The notes under the pieces: model-generated
What the model saw: the letters and a program-made list of their open reading frames with translations, nothing else
Databases searched by the model: none
Told to the model about the DNA's origin: nothing
Part shown: piece by piece, positions 1-12,456 of the stretch
Numbering within the stretch: the stretch's first letter is position 1
Layout of the letters: each line of letters opens with the position of its first letter
Position numbers and translations under genes: made by a program
Origin: Azolla caroliniana
Lineage: Eukaryota; Plantae; Polypodiophyta
Direction: 5' to 3'
Assembly (NCBI GenBank): GCA_043228905.1
Contig: JBHGNT010000526.1
Location: 1-21,624 of the forward strand
DNA length: 21,624 bases

Positions 1-534
1 GTGTTCAAACATGCGAATCGAAGCTAACAACGCTAGCTATGATATGGAAATAAAAAATCAAGATTTTGAAACTCAGGTCGAGAGACATGACGAAATTACC
101 AAATTTTAGGAGTGAGTTGGGAAGAGCTAGTAGGAAAATTAAAATGTTCATACCTGGCGAGTGTGATATCGGATTTTTGTGTTCAAACATGGGAATCGAA
201 ACTAACAACGCTAGCTATGATATGGAATTAAAAAATCAAGATTTTGAAACTCAGGTCGAGAGACATGACGAAATTACCAAATTTTAGGAGTGAGTTGGGA
301 AGAGCTAGTAGGAAAATTAAAATGTTCATACCTGGCGAGTGTGATATCGGATTTTTGTGTTCAAACATGGGAATCGAAGCTAAGAACACTAGCTATGATA
401 TGTAATTAAAAAATCAAGATTAAGAAACTCAGGTCGAGAGACATGACGAAATTACCAAATTTGAGGAGTGAGTTGGGAAGAGCTAGTAGGTAAATTAAAA
501 TGGTCATACCTGGGTCGTGTGATATCGGATTTTT

Positions 535-2075
535 GTGTTCAAACATGCGAATCGAAGCTAACAACGCTAGCTATGATATGGAATTAAAAAATCAAGATTT
601 TGAAACTCAGGTCGAGAGACATGACGAAATTACCAAATTTGAGGAGTGAGTTGGGAAGAACTAGTAGGAAAATTAAAATGTTCATACCTAACGAGTGTGA
701 TATTGGATTTTTGTGTTCAAACATGCGAATCGAAGCTAACAACGCTAGCTATGATATGGAATTAAAAAATCAAGATTTTGAAACTCAGGTCGAGAGACAT
801 GACGAAATTACCAAATATGAAGAGTGAGTTTAGAAGAGCTAGTAGGTAAATTAAAATGTTCATACCTGGGTCGTGTGATATCGGATTTTTGTGTTCAAAC
901 ATTCGAATCGAAGCTAACAACGCTAGCTATGATATGGAATTAAAAAATCAAGATTTTGAAACTCAGGTCGAGAGACATGACGAAATTACCAAATTTTACG
1001 ATTGAGTTGGGAAGAGCTAGTAGGTAAATTAAAATGTTCATACCTGGGTCGTGTGATATCGGAATTTTGTGTTCAAACATGCGAATCGAAGCTAACAACG
1101 CTAGGTATGATATGGAATTAAAAAAGCAAGATTTTGAAACTCAGGTCGAGAGACATGACGAAATAACCAAATTTGAGGAGTGAGTTTAGAAGTGCTAGTA
1201 GGAAAATTAAAATGTTCATACCTGGCGAGTGTGATATCGGATTTTTGTGTTCAAACATGGGAATCGAAGCTAAGAACCCTAGCTATGATATGGAATTAAA
1301 AAATCAAGATTAAGAAACTCAGGTAGAGAGAGATGACGAAATTACCAAATTTGAGGAGTGAGTTTAGAAGAGCTAGTAGGTAAATTAAAATGTTCATACA
1401 TAGGTCGTGTGGTATCGGATTCTTGTGTTCAAACATGCGAATCGAAGCTAACAACGCTAGCTATGATATGGAATTAAAAAATCAAGATTTTGAAACTCAG
1501 GTCGAGAGACATGACGAAATTACCAAATTTGAGGAGTGAGTTGGGAAGAACTAGTAGGAAAATTAAAATGTTCATACCTAACGAGTGTGATATCGGATTT
1601 TTGTGTTCAAACATGCGAATCGAAGCTAACAACGCTAGCTATGATATGGAATTAAAAAATGAAGATTTTGAAACTCAGGTCGAGAGACATGACGAAATTA
1701 CCAAATATGAAGAGTGAGTTTAGAAGAGCTAGTAGGTAAATTAAAATGTTCATACCTGGCGAGTGTGATATCGGATTTTTGTGTTCAAACATGGGAATCG
1801 AAGCTAACAACCCTAGCTATGATATGGAATTAAAAAATAAAGATTTTGAAACTCAGGTCGAGAGACATGACGAAATTACCAAATTTTACGATTGAGTTGG
1901 GAAGAGCTAGTAGGTAAATTAAAATGTTCATACCTGGGTCGTGTGATATCGGAATTTTGTGTTCAAACATGCGAATCGAAGCTAACAACGCTAGGTATGA
2001 TATGGAATTAAAAAAGCAAGATTTTGAAACTCAGGTCGAGAGACATGACGAAATAACCAAATTTGAGGAGTGAGT
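535..2075 (+). repeat. Degenerate 5-monomer (890 bp) higher-order duplication
   Basis: Rare variants pair at +890: AAATATGAAG..TTTAG (monomers 713 and 1603); TTTACGATT plus GGAATTTT (891 and 1781); CTAGGT plus AAAAGCAAG plus AAATAACC (1069 and 1959). ORF starts 600 and 1490 show the same offset. Confidence 0.85.
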
Positions 2076-2314
2076 TGGGAAGAGCTAGTAGATAAATTAA
2101 AATGTTCATACCTGGGTCCTGTAATATCGGATTTTTGTGTTCAAACATGCGAATCGAAGCTAACAACGCTAGCTATGATATGGAATTAAAAAATGAAGAT
2201 TTTGAAACTGAGGTCGAGAGACATGACGAAATTACCAAATTTGAGGAGTGAGTTGGGAAGAACTAGTAGGAAAATTAAAATGTTCATACCTAACGAGTGT
2301 GATATCGGATTTTT

Positions 2315-4450
2315 GTGTTCAAACATGCGAATCGAAGCTAACAACGCTAGCTATGATATGGAATTAAAAAATCAAGATTTTGAAACTCAGGTCGAGAGAC
2401 ATGACGAGATTACCAAATTTGAGGAGTGAGTTGGGAAGAACTAGTAGGAAAATTAAAATGTTCATACCTAACGAGTGTGATATCGGATTTTTGTGTTCAA
2501 ACATGCGAATCGAAGCTAACAACGCTAGCTATGATATGGAATTAAAAAATCAAGATTTTGAAACTCAGGTCGAGAGACATGACGAAATTACCAAATTTTA
2601 GGAGTGAGTTGGGAAGAGCTAGTAGGAAAATTAAAATGTTCATACCTGGCGAGTGTGATATCGGATTTTTGTGTTCAAACATGGGAATCGAAGCTAAGAA
2701 CACTAGCTATGATATGGAATTAAAAAATCAAGATTAAGAAACTCAGGTAGAGAGAGATGACGAAATTACCAAATTTGAGGAGTGAGTTTAGAAGAGCTAG
2801 TAGGTAAATTAAAATGTTCATACCTAGGTCGTGTGATATCGGATTCTTGTTTTCAAACATGCGAATCGAAGCTAACAACGCTAGCTATGATATGGAATTA
2901 AAAAATCAAGATTTTGAAACTCAGGTCGAGAGATATGACGAAATTACCAAATTTGAGGAGTGAGTTGGGAAGAACTAGTAGGAAAATTAAAATGTTCATA
3001 CCTAACGAGTCTGATATCGGATTTTTGTGTTCAAACATGCGAACCGAAGCTAACAACGCTAGCTATGATATGGAATTAAAAAATCAAGATTTTGAAACTC
3101 AGGTCGAGAGACATGACGAAATTACCAAATTTTACGAGTGAGTTGGGAAGAGCTAGTAGGAAAATTAAAATGTTCATACCTGGCGAGTGTGATATCGGAT
3201 TTTTGTGTTCAAACATGGGAATCGAAGCTAAGAACCCTAGCTATGATATGGAATTAAAAAATCAAGATTAAGAAACTCAGGTAGAGAGAGATGACGAAAT
3301 TACCAAATTTGAGGAGTGAGTTGAGAAGAGCTAGTAGGTAAATTAAAATGTTCATACATAGGTCGTGTGATATCGGATTCTTGTGTTCAAACATGCGAAT
3401 CGAAGCTAACAACGCTAGCTATGATATGGAATTAAAAAATCAAGATTTTGAAACTCAGGTCGAGAGACATGACGAGATTACCAAATTTGAGGAGTGAGTT
3501 GGGAAGAACTAGTAGGAAAATTAAAATGTTCATACCTAACGAGTGTGATATCGGATTTTTGTGTTCAAACATGCGAATCGAAGCTAACAACGCTAGCTAT
3601 GATATGGAATTAAAAAATCAAGATTTTGAAACTCAGGTCGAGAGACATGACGAAATTACCAAATTTTAGGAGTGAGTTGGGAAGAGCTAGTAGGAAAATT
3701 AAAATGTTCATACCTGGCGAGTGTGATATCGGATTTTTGTGTTCAAACATGGGAATCGAAGCTAAGAACACTAGCTATGATATGGAATTAAAAAATCAAG
3801 ATTAAGAAACTCAGGTAGAGAGAGATGACGAAATTACCAAATTTGAGGAGTGAGTTTAGAAGAGCTAGTAGGTAAATTAAAATGTTCATACCTAGGTCGT
3901 GTGATATCGGATTCTTGTTTTCAAACATGCGAATCGAAGCTAACAACGCTAGCTATGATATGGAATTAAAAAATCAAGATTTTGAAACTCAGGTCGAGAG
4001 ACATGACGAAATTACCAAATTTGAGGAGTGAGTTGGGAAGAACTAGTAGGAAAATTAAAATGTTCATACCTAACGAGTGTGATATCGGATTTTTGTGTTC
4101 AAACATGCGAATCGAAGCTAACAACGCTAGCTATGATATCGAATTAAAAAATCAAGATTTTGAAACTCAGGTCGAGAGACATGACGAGATTACCAAATTT
4201 TAGGAGTGAGTTGGGAAGAGCTAGTAGGAAAATTAAAATGTTCATACCTGGCGAGTGTGATATCGGATTTTTGTGTTCAAACATGGGAATCGAAGCTAAG
4301 AACACTAGCTATGATATGGAATTAAAAAATCAAGATTAAGAAACTCAGGTAGAGAGAGATGACGAAATTACCAAATTTGAGGAGTGAGTTTAGAAGAGCT
4401 AGTAGGTAAATTAAAATGTTCATACCTAGGTCGTGTGATATCGGATTCTT
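2315..4450 (+). repeat. 3-monomer (534 bp) higher-order repeat, 4 copies
   Basis: The cycle [GAACT/GGAAA/TAACGA monomer]-[TTTAGG or TTTACG/GGCGA monomer]-[divergent B monomer] starts at 2315, 2849, 3383 and 3917. ORF starts 2380, 2914, 3448 and 3982 are 534 apart. Confidence 0.88.
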
Positions 4451-5144
4451 GTTTTCAAACATGCGAATCGAAGCTAACAACGCTAGCTATGATATGGAAT
4501 TAAAAAATCAAGATTTTGAAACTCAGGTCGAGAGACATGACGAAATTACCAAATTTTACGAGTGAGTTGGGAAGAGCTAGTAGGAAAATTAAAATGTTCA
4601 TACCTGGCGAGTGTGATATCGGATTTTTGTGTTCAAACATGGGAATCGAAGCTAAGAACCCTAGCTATGATATGGAATTAAAAAATCAAGATTAAGAAAC
4701 TCAGGTAGAGAGAGATGACGAAATTACCAAATTTGAGGAGTGAGTTTAGAAGAGCTAGTAGGTAAATTAAAATGTTCATACATAGGTCGTGTGATATCAG
4801 ATTCTTGTGTTCAAACATGCGAATCGAAGCTAACAACGCTAGCTATGATATGGAATTAAAAAATGAAGATTTTGAAACTGAGGTCGAGAGACATGACGAA
4901 ATTACCAAATTTGAGGAGTGAGTTGGGAAGAACTAGTAGGAAAATTAAAATGTTCATACCTAACGAGTCTGATATCGGATTTTTGTGTTCAAACATGCGA
5001 ATCGAAGCTAACAACGCTAGCTATGATATGGAATTAAAAAATCAAGATTTTGAAACTCAGGTCGAGAGACATGACGAGATTACCAAATTTGAGGAGTGAG
5101 TTGGGAAGAACTAGTAGGAAAATTAAAATGTTCATACCTAACGA

Positions 5145-8100
5145 GTGTGATATCGGATTTTTGTGTTCAAACATGCGAATCGAAGCTAACAACGCTAGCT
5201 ATGATATGGAATTAAAAAATCAAGATTTTGAAACTCAGGTCGAGAGACATGACGAAATTACCAAATTTGAGGAGTGAGTTGGGAAGAGCTAGTAGGTAAA
5301 TTAAAATGGTCATACCTGGGTCGTGTGATATCGGATTTTTGTGTTCAAACATGCGAATCGAAGCTAACAACGCTACCTATGATATGGAATTAAAAAATCA
5401 AGATTTTGAAATTCAGGTCGAGAGACATGACGAAATTACCAAATTTGAGGAGTGAGTTGGGAAGAGCTAGTAGGTAAATTAAAATGGTCATACCTGGGTC
5501 GTGTGATATCAGAATTTTGTGTTCAAACATGCGAATCGAAGCTAACAACGCTAGCTATGATTGGAATTAAAAAATCAAGATTTTGAAACTCAGGTCGAGA
5601 GACATGACGAAATTACCAAATTTGAGGAGTGAGTTGGGAAGAGCTAGTAGGTAAATTAAAATGTGCATACCTGGGTCGTGTGATATCGGATTTTTGTGTT
5701 CAAACATGCGAATCGAAGCTAACAACGCTAGCTATGATATGGAATTAAAAAATCAAGATTTTGAAACTCAGGTCGAGAGACATGACGAAATTACCAAATT
5801 TGAGGAGTGAGTTGGGAAGAACTAGTAGGAAAATTAAAATGTTCATACCTAACGAGTGTGATATTGGATTTTTGTGTTCAAACATGCGAATCGAAGCTAA
5901 CAACGCTAGCTATGATATGGAATTAAAAAATCAAGATTTTGAAACTCAGGTCGAGAGACATGACGAGATTACCAAATTTGAGGAGTGAGTTGGGAAGAAC
6001 TAGTAGGAAAATTAAAATGTTCATACCTAACGAGTGTGATATCGGATTTTTGTGTTCAAACATGCGAATCGAAGCTAACAACGCTAGCTATGATATGGAA
6101 TTAAAAAATCAAGATTTTGAAACTCAGGTCGAAGGACATGACGAAATTACCAAATTTGAGGAGTGAGTTGGGAAGAGCTAGTAGGTAAATTAAAATGGTC
6201 ATACCTGGGTCGTGTGATATCGGATTTTTGTGTTCAAACATGCGAATCGAAGCTAACAACGCTACCTATGATATGGAATTAAAAAATCAAGATTTTGAAA
6301 TTCAGGTCGAGAGACATGACGAAATTACCAAATTTGAGGAGTGAGTTGGGAAGAGCTAGTAGGTAAATTAAAATGGTCATACCTGGGTCGTGTGATATCA
6401 GAATTTTGTGTTCAAACATGCGAATCGAAGCTAACAACGCTAGCTATGATTGGAATTAAAAAATCAAGATTTTGAAACTCAGGTCGAGAGACATGACGAA
6501 ATTACCAAATTTGAGGAGTGAGTTGGGAAGAGCTAGTAGGTAAATTAAAATGTTCATACTTGGGTCGTGTGATATCGGATTTTTGTGTTCAAACATGCGA
6601 ATCGAAGCTAACAACGCTAGCTATGATATGGAATTAAAAAATCAAGATTTTGAAACTCAGGTCGAGAGACATGACGAAATTACCAAATTTTACGAGTGAG
6701 TTGGGAAGAGCTAGTAGGAAAATTAAAATGTTCATACCTGGCGAGTGTGATATCGGATTTTTGTGTTCAAACATGGGAATCGAAGCTAAGAACCCTAGCT
6801 ATGATATGGAATTAAAAAATCAAGATTAAGAAACTCAGGTAGAGAGAGATGACGAAATTACCAAATTTGAGGAGTGAGTTGAGAAGAGCTAGTAGGTAAA
6901 TTAAAATGTTCATACATAGGTCGTGTGATATCGGATTCTTGTGTTCAAACATGCGAATCGAAGCTAACAACGCTAGCTATGATATGGAATTAAAAAATCA
7001 AGATTTTGAAACTCAGGTCGAGAGACATGACGAAATTACCAAATTTGAGGAGTGAGTTGGGAAGAACTAGTAGGAAAATTAAAATGTTCATACCTAACGA
7101 GTGTGATATCGGATTTTTGTGTTCAAACATGCGAATCGAAGCTAACAACGCTAGCTATGATAGGGAATTTAAAAATCAAGATTTTGAAACTCAGGTCGAG
7201 AGAGATGATGAAATTACCAAATTTGAGGAGTGAGTTGAGAAGAGCTAGTAGGTAAATTAAAATGTTCATACATAGGTCGTGTGATATCGGATTCTTGTGT
7301 TCAAACATGCGAATCGAAGCTAACAACGCTAGCTATGATATGGAATTAAAAAATCAAGATTTTGAAACTCAGGTCGAGAGACATGACGAAATTACCAAAT
7401 TTGAGGAGTGAGTTGGGAAGAACTAGTAGGAAAATTAAAATGTTCATACCTAACGAGTGTGATATCGGATTTTTGTGTTCAAACATGCGAATCGAAGCTA
7501 ACAACGCTAGCTATGATATGGAATTAAAAAATCAAGATTTTGAAACTCAGGTCGAGAGACATGACGAGATTACCATATTTTAGGAGTGAGTTGGGAAGAG
7601 CTAGTAGGAAAATTAAAATGTTCATACCTGGCGAGTGTGATATCGGATTTTTGTGTTCAAACATGGGAATCGAAGCTAAGAACACTAGCTATGATATGGA
7701 ATTAAAAAATCAAGATTAAGAAACTCAGGTAGAGAGAGATGACGAAATTACCAAATTTGAGGAGTGAGTTTAGAAGAGCTAGTAGGTAAATTAAAATGTT
7801 CATACCTAGGTCGTGTGATATCGGATTTTTGTGTTCAAACATGCGAATCGAAGCTAACAACGCTAGCTATGATATGGAATTAAAAAATCAAGATTTTGAA
7901 ACTCAGGTCGAGAGACATGACGAAATTACCAAATTTGAGGAGTGAGTTGGGAAGAGCTAGTAGGTAAATTAAAATGGTCATACCTGGGTCGTGTGATATC
8001 GGATTTTTGTGTTCAAACATGCGAATCGAAGCTAACAACGCTACCTATGATATGGAATTAAAAAATCAAGATTTTGAAATTCAGGTCGAGAGACATGACG

Positions 8101-10604
8101 AAATTACCAAATTTGAGGAGTGAGTTGGGAAGAGCTAGTAGGTAAATTAAAATGGTCATACCTGGGTCGTGTGATATCAGAATTTTGTGTTCAAACATGC
8201 GAATCGAAGCTAACAACGCTAGCTATGATTGGAATTAAAAAATCAAGATTTTGAAACTCAGGTCGAGAGACATGACGAAATTACCAAATTTGAGGAGTGA
8301 GTTGGGAAGAGCTAGTAGGTAAATTAAAATGTGCATACCTGGGTCGTGTGATATCGGATTTTTGTGTTCAAACATGCGAATCGAAGCTAACAACGCTAGC
8401 TATGATATGGAATTAAAAAATCAAGATTTTGAAACTCAGGTCGAGAGACATGACGAAATTACCAAATTTGAGGAGTGAGTTGGGAAGAACTAGTAGGAAA
8501 ATTAAAATGTTCATACCTAACGAGTGTGATATTGGATTTTTGTGTTCAAACATGCGAATCGAAGCTAACAACGCTAGCTATGATATGGAATTAAAAAATC
8601 AAGATTTTGAAACTCAGGTCGAGAGACATGACGAGATTACCAAATTTGAGGAGTGAGTTGGGAAGAACTAGTAGGAAAATTAAAATGTTCATACCTAACG
8701 AGTGTGATATCGGATTTTTGTGTTCAAACATGCGAATCGAAGCTAACAACGCTAGCTATGATATGGAATTAAAAAATCAAGATTTTGAAACTCAGGTCGA
8801 AGGACATGACGAAATTACCAAATTTGAGGAGTGAGTTGGGAAGAGCTAGTAGGTAAATTAAAATGGTCATACCTGGGTCGTGTGATATCGGATTTTTGTG
8901 TTCAAACATGCGAATCGAAGCTAACAACGCTACCTATGATATGGAATTAAAAAATCAAGATTTTGAAATTCAGGTCGAGAGACATGACGAAATTACCAAA
9001 TTTGAGGAGTGAGTTGGGAAGAGCTAGTAGGTAAATTAAAATGGTCATACCTGGGTCGTGTGATATCAGAATTTTGTGTTCAAACATGCGAATCGAAGCT
9101 AACAACGCTAGCTATGATTGGAATTAAAAAATCAAGATTTTGAAACTCAGGTCGAGAGACATGACGAAATTACCAAATTTGAGGAGTGAGTTGGGAAGAG
9201 CTAGTAGGTAAATTAAAATGTTCATACTTGGGTCGTGTGATATCGGATTTTTGTGTTCAAACATGCGAATCGAAGCTAACAACGCTAGCTATGATATGGA
9301 ATTAAAAAATCAAGATTTTGAAACTCAGGTCGAGAGACATGACGAAATTACCAAATTTTACGAGTGAGTTGGGAAGAGCTAGTAGGAAAATTAAAATGTT
9401 CATACCTGGCGAGTGTGATATCGGATTTTTGTGTTCAAACATGGGAATCGAAGCTAAGAACCCTAGCTATGATATGGAATTAAAAAATCAAGATTAAGAA
9501 ACTCAGGTAGAGAGAGATGACGAAATTACCAAATTTGAGGAGTGAGTTGAGAAGAGCTAGTAGGTAAATTAAAATGTTCATACATAGGTCGTGTGATATC
9601 GGATTCTTGTGTTCAAACATGCGAATCGAAGCTAACAACGCTAGCTATGATATGGAATTAAAAAATCAAGATTTTGAAACTCAGGTCGAGAGACATGACG
9701 AAATTACCAAATTTGAGGAGTGAGTTGGGAAGAACTAGTAGGAAAATTAAAATGTTCATACCTAACGAGTGTGATATCGGATTTTTGTGTTCAAACATGC
9801 GAATCGAAGCTAACAACGCTAGCTATGATAGGGAATTTAAAAATCAAGATTTTGAAACTCAGGTCGAGAGAGATGATGAAATTACCAAATTTGAGGAGTG
9901 AGTTGAGAAGAGCTAGTAGGTAAATTAAAATGTTCATACATAGGTCGTGTGATATCGGATTCTTGTGTTCAAACATGCGAATCGAAGCTAACAACGCTAG
10001 CTATGATATGGAATTAAAAAATCAAGATTTTGAAACTCAGGTCGAGAGACATGACGAAATTACCAAATTTGAGGAGTGAGTTGGGAAGAACTAGTAGGAA
10101 AATTAAAATGTTCATACCTAACGAGTGTGATATCGGATTTTTGTGTTCAAACATGCGAATCGAAGCTAACAACGCTAGCTATGATATGGAATTAAAAAAT
10201 CAAGATTTTGAAACTCAGGTCGAGAGACATGACGAGATTACCATATTTTAGGAGTGAGTTGGGAAGAGCTAGTAGGAAAATTAAAATGTTCATACCTGGC
10301 GAGTGTGATATCGGATTTTTGTGTTCAAACATGGGAATCGAAGCTAAGAACACTAGCTATGATATGGAATTAAAAAATCAAGATTAAGAAACTCAGGTAG
10401 AGAGAGATGACGAAATTACCAAATTTGAGGAGTGAGTTTAGAAGAGCTAGTAGGTAAATTAAAATGTTCATACCTAGGTCGTGTGATATCGGATTTTTGT
10501 GTTCAAACATGCGAATCGAAGCTAACAACGCTAGCTATGATATGGAATTAAAAAATCAAGATTTTGAAACTCAGGTCGAGAGACATGACGAAATTACCAA
10601 ATTT
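5145..10604 (+). repeat. 15-monomer (2668 bp) tandem duplication, 2 apparently identical copies (5145-7812, 7813-10480)
   Basis: Private variants recur at +2668: 1-bp deletions (about 5562/8230 and 6451/9119), GTGCATAC, GAAGGAC, TAGGGAATTT, GATGATG and CCATATT. ORF pairs 5761/8429, 5939/8607, 7006/9674 and 7362/10030 agree. 2668 = 15 x 178 - 2. Confidence 0.95.
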
Positions 10605-11099
10605 TACGAGTGAGTTGGGAAGAGCTAGTAGGTAAATTAAAATGTTCATACCTGGCGAGTGTGATATCGGATTTTTGGGTTCAAACATGCGAATCGAAGC
10701 TAACAACGCTAGCTATGATATGGAATTAAAAAATCAAGATTTTGAAATTCAGGTCGAGAGACATGACGAAATTACCAAATTTGAGGAGTGAGTTGGGAAG
10801 AGCTAGTAGGTAAATTAAAATGGTCATACCTGGCGAGTGTGATATCGGATTTTTGTGTTCAAACATGCGAATCGAAGCTAACAACGCTAGCTATGATATA
10901 GAATTAAAAAATCAAGATTTTGAAACTCAGGTCGAGAGACATGACGAAATTACCAAATTTGAGGAGTGAGTTGGGAAGAGCTAGTAGTTAAATTAAAATG
11001 TTCATACCTGGGTCGTGTGATATCGGATTTTTGTGTTCAAACATGCGAATCGAAGCTAACAACGCTAGGTATGATATGGAATTAAAAAATCAAGATTTT

Positions 11100-12390
11100 G
11101 AAACTCAGGTCGAGAGACATGACGAAATTACCAAATTTTAGGAGTGAGTTGGGAAGAGCTAGTAGGAAAATTAAAATGTTCATACCTGGCGAGTGTGATA
11201 TCGGATTTTTGTGTTCAAACATGGGAATCGAAGCTAAGAACACTAGCTATGATATGGAATTAAAAAATCAAGATTAAGAAACTCAGGTAGAGAGAGATGA
11301 CGAAATTACCAAATTTGAGGAGTGAGTTTAGAAGAGCTAGTAGGTAAATTAAAATGTTCATACCTGGGTCGTGTGATATCGGATTTTTGTGTTCAAACAT
11401 GCGAATCGAAGCTAACAACGCTAGCTATGATATGGAATTAAAAAATCAAGATTTTGAAACTCAGGTCGAGAGACATGACGAAATTACCAAATTTGAGGAG
11501 TGAGTTGGGAAGAGCTAGTAGGTAAATTAAAATGGTCATACCTGGGTCGTGTGATATCGGATTTTTGTGTTCAAACATGCGAATCGAAGCTAACAACGCT
11601 AGCTATGATATGGAAATAAAAAATCAAGATTTTGAAACTCAGGTCAAGAGACATGACGAAATTACCAAATATGAAGAGTGAGTTTAGAAGAGCTAGTAGG
11701 TAAATTAAAATGTTCATACTTGGGTCGTGTGATATCGGATTTTTGGGTTCAAACATGCAAATCGAAGCTAACAACGCTAGCTATGATATGGAATTAAAAA
11801 ATCAAGATTTTGAAACTCAGGTCGAGAGAAATGACGAAATTACCAAATTTAAGGAGTGAGTTGGGAAGAGCTAGTAGGTAAATTAAAATGTTCATACCTA
11901 ACGAGTGTGATATCGGATTTTTGTGTTCAAACATGCGAATCGAAGCTAACAACACTAGCTATGATCTGGAATTAAAAAATCAAGATTTTCAAACTCAGGT
12001 CGAGAGACATGACGAAATTACCAAATTTTAGGAGTGAGTTGGGAAGAGCTAGTAGGTAAATTAAAATGTTCAGACCTGGGTCGTGTGATATCGGATTTTT
12101 GGGTTCAAACATGCGAATCGAAGCTAACAACGCTAGCTATGATATGGAATTAAAAAATCAAGATTTTAAAATTCAGGTCGAGAGACATGACGAAATTACC
12201 AAATATGAACAGTGAGTTTAGAAGAGCTAGTAGGTAAATTAAAATGTTCATACCTGGGTCGTGTGATATCGGATTTTTGTGTTCAAACATGCGAATCGAA
12301 GCTAACAACGCTAGCTATGATATGGAAATAAAAAATCAAGATTTTGAAACTCAGGTCGAGAGACATGACGAAATTACCAAATTTTACGAG
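11100..12390 (+). repeat. Dispersed third copy of the 8-monomer HOR block (boundaries approximate)
   Basis: It carries the same ordered private variants as about 19110-20400, offset by 8009 bp: CATACTT, ATGCAAATC, GATCTGG, TTCAGACC (12073 vs 20082), TTTTAAAATTC and AAATATGAAC. ORFs 11571 and 19580 translate identically. Confidence 0.9.
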
Positions 12391-12456
12391 TGAGTTGGGA
12401 AGAGCTAGTAGATAAATTAAAATGTTCATACCTGGGTCGTGTGATATCGGATTCTT

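Noticed and set aside
105-110. Telomere-like TTTAGG motif
   Set aside because: It is a single hexamer produced by one SNP allele of TTGAGG. It is never tandem and is not a full TTTAGGG.
1-178. Identity with Arabidopsis CEN178 or primate alpha satellite / CENP-B box
   Set aside because: Only the length is similar. The characteristic HindIII AAGCTT site of CEN178 is absent (AAGCTA here), and I found no TTCGnnnnAnnCGGG motif on either strand. A database search is still needed to assign a family.
66-10251. Repeated + strand ORFs of 67-78 aa (MKLRSRDMTKLPNLRSELGR...)
   Set aside because: They are translations of the satellite, mostly from TTG starts. Because 178 = 3 x 59 + 1, the frame slips every monomer. 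Their presence depends on SNPs that remove stop codons, and I recognise no protein domain.
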